From assembly GCA_965219415.1 (NCBI GenBank), contig CBDCNP010000002.1:1664001-1728000 (forward strand): 64,000 nucleotides of DNA, written 5' to 3'. This stretch comes from Candidatus Marinacidobacterales bacterium (lineage in GTDB: Bacteria; Acidobacteriota; Vicinamibacteria; Marinacidobacterales; DATDRI01). A model generated the notes under the pieces. That model was given only the letters and a program-made list of their open reading frames with translations. It was not told the DNA's origin and made no database searches. The position numbers were made by a program, and so were the translations under genes. Each line of letters starts with the position of its first letter. The first letter of the stretch is position 1. Shown here piece after piece: positions 58,493 to 64,000 of the stretch.

Positions 58493-60387
58493 TGGCTCCC
58501 CAGTAACATCCAACCCACGAGCACCATAGCCCCGCTGAAGAGAATAAAGAGATAAAACCGCAATCTACCCACTTGTGATAGCCGCAAGACCTCGCTACCC
58601 AGATTTACGACCCGACCCGATCCGTTGAAGAAACCGTCCACGATCGCATTGTCCACCGATCGCCAAAGCACGACTCGCGACACAAAGAGGAACGGACGCA
58701 CCAACAACACGTCGTAGAGCTCGTCGATCCAGAACTTGCGTTTGATGAATCGATACAAAGGACCCGCGCCGGACGCCACCCGCTCCGGAAGAGCGCGGTC
58801 GACAAGATAGAAATATCGGGCCAGCAACAGGCCGCCTACCGCGACCACGATGTTCAAGAGCGTCAAGCCGATTTCCGCCGCAAGAGAGCTGGGCGCTGCT
58901 CCCTTGACCGCAAGATAGGGAGCCAGAAACCGCTCGATCCAACTGTAGTGAGGAAAGCCGATGAACCCGACGAGGACCGATCCCGCAGCCAGTAGCAGCA
59001 GGGGCCAAGTCATGGACGGAGGTGACTCGTGGAGGCGCCGCGACTCTTCCGCGCTGCCTCGAAAGCGGCCCTCGAACACCAACGCCCAGACGCGGCCCAT
59101 ATAGAAAGCAGTCAAGAAAACACCCGCGACACCGACCGCCCACAACAAGATGTGTCCCTCGCGGAATGCACTCCAAAGCACCGCGTCTTTGCTGAAAAAA
59201 CCTCCTAGCGGCGGTATTCCTACCAGAGCCAGCGTTGCGATCACGAAGGTTCGGTACGTGATAGGAAGCTTGTCTTTGAGCCCTCCCATCTTGCGAATAT
59301 CACTATCACCCGCCATCGCATGCATGACGCTTCCCGCCACGAGAAACAACAACGCTTTGAAGAAAGCATGGGTCACGAGGTGAAAGATGGCCGCACCGAA
59401 CGCTCCCGCCCCGCAGGCGAGGAACATGTAGCCGAGCTGGGAAATCGTGGAGTAGGCAAGAATACGCTTGAAATCATCCTGAGCGAGCGCGATGGTCGCC
59501 GCGTATAGAAGAGTCACCGCTCCGATGGCACCAACGAGTGCAAGCGCCAATGGGGCCTCCGCGTACAAGGGCGCGGTGCGCGCCACCATATAAACACCCG
59601 CGGTCACCATGGTGGCGGCGTGAATATAGGCAGAAACCGGTGTAGGACCTTCCATGGCGTCGGGTAGCCATACGTAAAGCGGGATTTGTGCCGACTTGCC
59701 GATCGCTCCGACAAAGAGGAGAACCCCGATGATGCTCAGCAGAGCCGTATCCTGAGTGGGAGCCAAAGGAAGGAACTCACCGAAGCTCACGGTGCCGAAC
59801 GTCACGAATGTCATTAGGATGCCGAGAAGAAAGCCGACATCACCAATGCGGTTCACGATGAGCGCCTTCATGCCCGCGTCCACCGCCGCCTTCCTCTCGA
59901 ACCAAAAACCGATGAGCAGGTACGAGCAAAGCCCAACCGCCTCCCAACCTACGAACATCAAAAGCAAATTCTCAGACAGCACCAGCAACAGCATGCTTGC
60001 CGTGAAAAAATTGAGGTAGGCGAAAAAACGAGAGAAATCTTTATCCCCGCTCATGTACCCGAGCGAGTAGACGTGAATCAGCAACCCCACTCCGGTCACC
60101 ACCAGGGAGATGATGCCCGACAGAGGATCGAGCACCAGGGCGGCCTTCGCGGTGAAGGAACCCGCCACTATCCAATCGGAGATCTCGGCGGTAACCGAAC
60201 GCTCGCCTTCGGCCATGCCGAGCACGTTGGCGAATCCGATAACCGCCAGCGCGAACGAGGCCCCCACCGATCCACAAGCCAATTTTCCCGATGACGAATG
60301 GCCAAGGCGACGCCCGGCGACTGCCAAAACGAGCGCCGATAGAGCCGGGACTAGGGGAATCAGAAGCAGGCGGGCGGTGGTTCCCAC
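58489..60387 (-). CDS. nuoL: NADH-quinone oxidoreductase subunit L
   Basis: GKSAQIPLYVWLPDAMEGPTPVSA, THAFFKALLF, C-terminal lateral helix. Confidence 0.96.
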   Translation of the reverse strand: MGTTARLLLIPLVPALSALVLAVAGRRLGHSSSGKLACGSVGASFALAVIGFANVLGMAEGERSVTAEISDWIVAGSFTAKAALVLDPLSGIISLVVTGVGLLIHVYSLGYMSGDKDFSRFFAYLNFFTASMLLLVLSENLLLMFVGWEAVGLCSYLLIGFWFERKAAVDAGMKALIVNRIGDVGFLLGILMTFVTFGTVSFGEFLPLAPTQDTALLSIIGVLLFVGAIGKSAQIPLYVWLPDAMEGPTPVSAYIHAATMVTAGVYMVARTAPLYAEAPLALALVGAIGAVTLLYAATIALAQDDFKRILAYSTISQLGYMFLACGAGAFGAAIFHLVTHAFFKALLFLVAGSVMHAMAGDSDIRKMGGLKDKLPITYRTFVIATLALVGIPPLGGFFSKDAVLWSAFREGHILLWAVGVAGVFLTAFYMGRVWALVFEGRFRGSAEESRRLHESPPSMTWPLLLLAAGSVLVGFIGFPHYSWIERFLAPYLAVKGAAPSSLAAEIGLTLLNIVVAVGGLLLARYFYLVDRALPERVASGAGPLYRFIKRKFWIDELYDVLLVRPFLFVSRVVLWRSVDNAIVDGFFNGSGRVVNLGSEVLRLSQVGRLRFYLFILFSGAMVLVGWMLLGSQ

Positions 60388-60400
60388 TCGGATCTGCTCC

Positions 60401-60700
60401 TCAATACCTGAGACGGCTGTGATCGTCTACGTTCATGGTCTCTTGTCGACGATGCAAAGCGATGAGGATTGCCAAACCCACCGCGGCCTCGGCCGCTGCC
60501 ACCACGATGACGATGAGTGCAATGGCCTGGCCTTCGAGGTTGCCGGCCAATCGGGAGTACGCTACGAAAGTTAGATTGATCGCGTTCAACATCAGCTCGA
60601 TGCATAGGAAGATGCTTACCAGGTTGCGGTGGAAGAAAAGCCCGGACGCTCCGATTACGAATATGAGTGCGGAGACGACCAAATAATGTTGGACCGGCAC
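60401..60700 (-). CDS. nuoK: NADH-quinone oxidoreductase subunit K
   Basis: IELMLNAINL, VAAAEAAVGLAI; GTG at 60698-60700. Confidence 0.95.
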   Translation of the reverse strand: MPVQHYLVVSALIFVIGASGLFFHRNLVSIFLCIELMLNAINLTFVAYSRLAGNLEGQAIALIVIVVAAAEAAVGLAILIALHRRQETMNVDDHSRLRY

Positions 60701-60702
60701 GC

Positions 60703-61197
60703 TTAGCGCCTCACCAGCCAAGTCGTCCCCACCAGAGCCACAAGAATAAGGATGGCGGTCGCTTCGAAGGGCGCCACGTAGTCGGTAAGGAGGAACTCAC
60801 CCAAGCGAGCCGCGGTCCCCTTCATTGCCTCGTCCATTGCTTCATTCGGGACGGAGGGTGAAGTCCGAGCCGCGACCGTGCCCAAGACCGCGAACAGGAC
60901 CAGCCCAACCGGCAAGGCCGCCCAGCCGAGCCGTCGAGGACAATCATCAAACGGCGTTTCCCCGCCGAGACCGAGCAACATGATCACCAGCAAAAACACG
61001 ACCAACACCGCCCCCGCGTAAACGATCATCTGAACCGCGGCGACAAAGGTGGCCCCTAGCTGGGCGTACAGTCCGGCAACACCGAGAAGGCAGACGATGA
61101 GCGCCAGCGCACCGTAAGCGGGACGGCGGCTTGCCGCGACCCCGATAGCCGCCACAACGGAGACCGAGGAAAAAAAGTAGAAGATGGCGCTTTCCAA
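60703..61197 (-). CDS. nuoJ: NADH-quinone oxidoreductase subunit J
   Basis: FVAAVQMIVYAGAVLVVFLLVIMLL, Y..PFE; TTG at 61195-61197 with GAGGT SD. Confidence 0.93.
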   Translation of the reverse strand: MESAIFYFFSSVSVVAAIGVAASRRPAYGALALIVCLLGVAGLYAQLGATFVAAVQMIVYAGAVLVVFLLVIMLLGLGGETPFDDCPRRLGWAALPVGLVLFAVLGTVAARTSPSVPNEAMDEAMKGTAARLGEFLLTDYVAPFEATAILILVALVGTTWLVRR

Positions 61198-61207
61198 CGC
61201 AGCGACC

Positions 61208-62488
61208 TCAATGAACCGCAGAGACGGGGCAACTCTGTTCCCGTACGTGCAGTTCGTATTCTTCGCTGAAGTGGACGAGGGTGCTGATAACCGGTGCGAC
61301 CGCGGCATCGCCAAACGGACAAAGCGACTTGCCGGCAATGTTGTCGGAAACATCCGAGAGAAGTGCGATGTCTTCTGGCCGTCCTTGACCCTTCTCCATG
61401 CGATCCAAGATCCTCGCCAGCCAGTCCGTCCCTTCGCGGCAGGGCGTGCACTTACCGCAGGACTCGTCCCGATAGAACTCCATGAGCTTCCCGGCGGTCC
61501 AGACCATGCAGGTCGTCTCGTCCATGACGATCACCCCCGCCGACCCCAGCATGGAACCGGCCGCGACCAAGGAGTCGAAATCCATTCGGGTATCCAAGTG
61601 CTTGTCGGTCAGGACCGGAACCGATGAACCTCCCGGGACCACCGCCTTGAGACGATGGCCCTCGCGAATGCCTCCACCATGCTCGAAGATGAGCTCTCGC
61701 ATCGGCACGCCGAGGGGTAGCTCGTAAACGCCGGGGCGACGCACGTGTCCGCTCAGACAGTAAAGCTTGGGGCCGGTGTTTTTCTTGCTACCGATGGAAC
61801 GATACCAGTCGGCGCCGCGCGACACGATGTGGGGCAAGTTCGCCAACGTTTCGACGTTATTGATGGCGGTGGGACAACCGAAGAGCCCGACGCTCGCCGG
61901 GTACGGGGGCTTGACCCTGGGAAGACCGCGCTTGCCTTCCAGCGACTCCAGCAAAGCGGTTTCCTCACCGCACTCGTACGAGCCGGCACCGCGGTGAACA
62001 TACAACTCGCAGTCGAATCCGGAGCGTTCGATGTTCTTTCCGACGTAACCGCGTTCTCGCGCCTCGGCCAGCGCCCGTTCCAAGATCTGTTCCTGCTCTC
62101 GAAACTCCCCGCGTATATAGATGTAGCAGACACGCGCCGCGACCGCGTAGGCGGCGAGCAGACAGCCTTCGATGACCAGGTGCGGATCGTTCTCCATCAA
62201 ATAGCGGTCCTTGAAGGTCCCGGGTTCACTTTCGTCAGCGTTGCAGATCATATAGTGAGGCCGAACGTCTCGGGGTAGGAACCTCCACTTCACGCCGGTT
62301 GGAAACCCTGCGCCGCCGCGACCGCGCAGCTCGGAACGTTCGACCCATTCGATGAGCTCGTTGGGGCTGAGCTGAGACAAGGCACGACGGAGCGCCTGAT
62401 AACCTCCTTGCGAGAGGTAGACGTCGATGTTCTGAGAATCGGGTATCCCGGCGTTGCGGGTTAGGATGGGCTCGAACGACGAAGTCAT
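61208..62488 (-). CDS. nuoF: NADH-quinone oxidoreductase subunit F
   Basis: LRGRGGAGFPTG.KW, NADESEPGTFKD, CGEETAL, ESCGKCTPCREG...CPFG; ATG overlaps nuoE TGA. Confidence 0.96.
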   Translation of the reverse strand: MTSSFEPILTRNAGIPDSQNIDVYLSQGGYQALRRALSQLSPNELIEWVERSELRGRGGAGFPTGVKWRFLPRDVRPHYMICNADESEPGTFKDRYLMENDPHLVIEGCLLAAYAVAARVCYIYIRGEFREQEQILERALAEARERGYVGKNIERSGFDCELYVHRGAGSYECGEETALLESLEGKRGLPRVKPPYPASVGLFGCPTAINNVETLANLPHIVSRGADWYRSIGSKKNTGPKLYCLSGHVRRPGVYELPLGVPMRELIFEHGGGIREGHRLKAVVPGGSSVPVLTDKHLDTRMDFDSLVAAGSMLGSAGVIVMDETTCMVWTAGKLMEFYRDESCGKCTPCREGTDWLARILDRMEKGQGRPEDIALLSDVSDNIAGKSLCPFGDAAVAPVISTLVHFSEEYELHVREQSCPVSAVH

Positions 62489-62958
62489 GAGAGTTCGGAG
62501 AGAATAACTGCCAACTTCTCTTCGCTGAGATGGCCCTCGACGCGATCGTTGAGCTGCATCATCGGAGCCCTTTCGCACGCACCGAGACACGAAACCGGCG
62601 TGAGCGACACTCGCCCGTCCGCGGTCGTTTCCCCCGTTTCGATACCCAATCGTTCTCGAAGCCAACCGAGGATCCGCGGTGCGCCCAGAAGCGAACAGGA
62701 AAGGTTGGTGCACAATCGAAGGTCGTGGCGTCCAGCTGGTTGGAGCCGGAACATATCGTAGTAGCTCGCGGTCTCCAACACCTGGACGGGAGAAATCTCC
62801 AGCAGGCCCGCGACGTACTCCATCGCCGAGGGGCTCAGGTAACCCTCCTGTTCCTGAACCAACCACAGCGTGGGCAACAATGCGGCACGCCGATACTCGG
62901 CGGGATAGTGGTCGAGAATCTTTTCGAACCGGGCTTGATTCCCGGGAGTGAAGGTCAT
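62485..62958 (-). CDS. nuoE: NADH-quinone oxidoreductase subunit E
   Basis: CTNLSC...CLGAC 2Fe-2S ligands, ASYYDMF; ATG at 62956-62958. Confidence 0.94.
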   Translation of the reverse strand: MTFTPGNQARFEKILDHYPAEYRRAALLPTLWLVQEQEGYLSPSAMEYVAGLLEISPVQVLETASYYDMFRLQPAGRHDLRLCTNLSCSLLGAPRILGWLRERLGIETGETTADGRVSLTPVSCLGACERAPMMQLNDRVEGHLSEEKLAVILSELS

Positions 62959-63062
62959 GTCTTTCCCCGCAGGTGGTCCCATCTCTTCCGCCCCCGCAAG
63001 ACGTTGTGACGCGTGGCGGTTCCGCACTCCGGCGCCTCAATGCGCGCGTTCGCGCGCTTGGC

Positions 63063-63109
63063 GCCTCGCTCTTCCATCAATGCCGCGGGGCCCCACCGCC
63101 GTCTGGCCA
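63063..63109. repeat. Dispersed GC-rich repeat, family B, in the nuoE leader
   Basis: Matches 16640-16688. Confidence 0.75.
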
Positions 63110-63302
63110 CCTCGTTCGATGGCACAACGTAGTGTGACGGCCACCACGATCTGAAAGCCCGCCTGGCTAGCTCCGGTGAAAGCAACCACTCAATTTGGCG
63201 TCCGGCAGCGAGTTCGCATGCGCTCATCGTCCCTCCGCCGACATGCGGCTGCGGGACGGCTGAGGGCTCCTAAGTATGTGCCAATTCAGTAAGAAACGGG
63301 CT

Positions 63303-63376
63303 AATATAGACTGCCCGTTCTGCGAGTGTCAAGACGTGAGGGCCTACTTGACACAATCGGGTACCGGTTGCAAAAT
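63303..63376. promoter_or_regulatory. Back-to-back sigma70 promoters (nuoE operon and plus-strand gene)
   Basis: Minus: TTGACA-18 nt-TATATT (63303-63332); plus: TTGACA-17 nt-CAAAAT (63348-63376). Confidence 0.65.
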
Positions 63377-63495
63377 GATGAAGGGGCTTCGTTTAGCCTA
63401 GGATCCTAGTGGGTCGCGTGCCGGCTGGGTGTTCGCTCGCGTCTTCTTACCACTGAGTGCGCTCCCTCGGTGAATTCGACTGCCTTCGTTATGCC

Positions 63496-63840
63496 ATGAT
63501 CACTGGTTTCAACACCGACGTGAACTACAAGGGCGTGGTTTTCCATGTCCAAACCGAGGATAAAGGCCTCGAGAATCCTGTGATCGAGTCTCTGATATAT
63601 AAAGGTGGAGAGATCCTTGGCAGCCGCAGGCTCCCGTACTCGGAGATGATGGAAAACGGCTACGACGAAAAGGCCGTGGTCAAGCTCATGGAAGACCAGC
63701 ACAAGACGATGATCCAAGAGATCAAGCAAGGCCGGTTTGACGAGTCGGCCGACATATTGCGGGATGATACGGTCTTGTCGGACCAGAGCCTAGATCAAGT
63801 GATTTTAAATTACCTGGTGGAGAAGAAGGACGACGAATAA
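63496..63840 (+). CDS. Conserved hypothetical protein (MITGFNTD-type)
   Basis: MITGFNTDVNYKGVVFHVQTEDKG.ENP.IESLIY.GGEIL...M..QHK; a family recalled from Acidobacteria/deltaproteobacteria. Confidence 0.8.
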   Translation: MITGFNTDVNYKGVVFHVQTEDKGLENPVIESLIYKGGEILGSRRLPYSEMMENGYDEKAVVKLMEDQHKTMIQEIKQGRFDESADILRDDTVLSDQSLDQVILNYLVEKKDDE

Positions 63841-64000
63841 TGGTCTCATTGAGCTAAAGCAGAAGCTTTCCGAGGAAGAACGGACCTACGCCGAGCTCCT
63901 CGCGCTGCTCGACGAGCTCGCAGATGCCCATCTGCCGTACGACTTGGACCCCGAGATTCCCTCACAGCTGGGGAAGCTGAACGAGGCATGGGAGATCGGG
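63830..64000 (+). CDS. Hypothetical protein, 5' part (runs off window)
   Basis: Open helical-looking frame ELKQKLSEEERTYAELLALLDELADAHLPYDLDPEIPSQLGKLNEAWEIG; no ATG/GTG/TTG at its 5' end. Confidence 0.45.

Noticed and set aside
60401-62958. Selenocysteine read-through at TGA stops of nuo genes next to selA
   Set aside because: The proteins are full length at their stops, all Fe-S ligands are Cys, and downstream genes start at or near the stops
61208-63040. Apparent 610-aa NuoF with a long N-terminal extension or NuoE-F fusion
   Set aside because: The extension is an alternate frame of nuoE; the true start is the ATG at 62488 overlapping the nuoE stop
62955-63227. 90-aa ORF in the nuoE leader (and 16654-16983 after rpoC)
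   Set aside because: Both run through GC-rich repeat elements; no similarity to nuoD or any protein I recognise

Overview
Core-genome window (~60% GC) from a bacterium that is most likely an Acidobacteriota member (inferred from the Cys-rich insert in RpoB, L14/L22 sequence features and conserved hypothetical genes). Positions 1-31.1 kb, all on the minus strand, hold the contiguous translation/transcription superoperon: tRNA-Thr/Tyr/Gly/Thr-tuf-rpmG-tRNA-Trp-secE-nusG-rplKAJL-rpoBC-rpsLG-fusA-tuf, then the S10 and spc clusters, secY, adk and the start of map. Positions 31-47 kb (minus) hold TPR protein-lipoprotein-ispE-spoVG-tRNA-Gln-prs-rplY-pth-rpsF-rpsR-rplI-dnaB-radA-PIN/TRAM-plsC-B3/B4-ispD-ispF-rlmB. 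These are followed by a small plus-strand LPS cluster, a purH operon with three poorly characterised genes (one frameshifted), selA, and a partial complex I operon nuoE-F-J-K-L-M-N. No CRISPR array, integrase, transposase, prophage or rRNA gene was found. The most unusual observations are: the nuoEF-JKLMN unit lacking A-D and G-I; a duplicated ~60-nt element with partial ZTP-riboswitch resemblance plus a terminator before prs; histone-like tails on L30 and S3; stop-codon-rich micro-repeats in r-protein spacers; a U55C tRNA-Gly; a +1 frameshift in an MXAN_5187-C-like gene; and probable CTG start codons. All calls were made by eye and from recalled family motifs; no database search was run.
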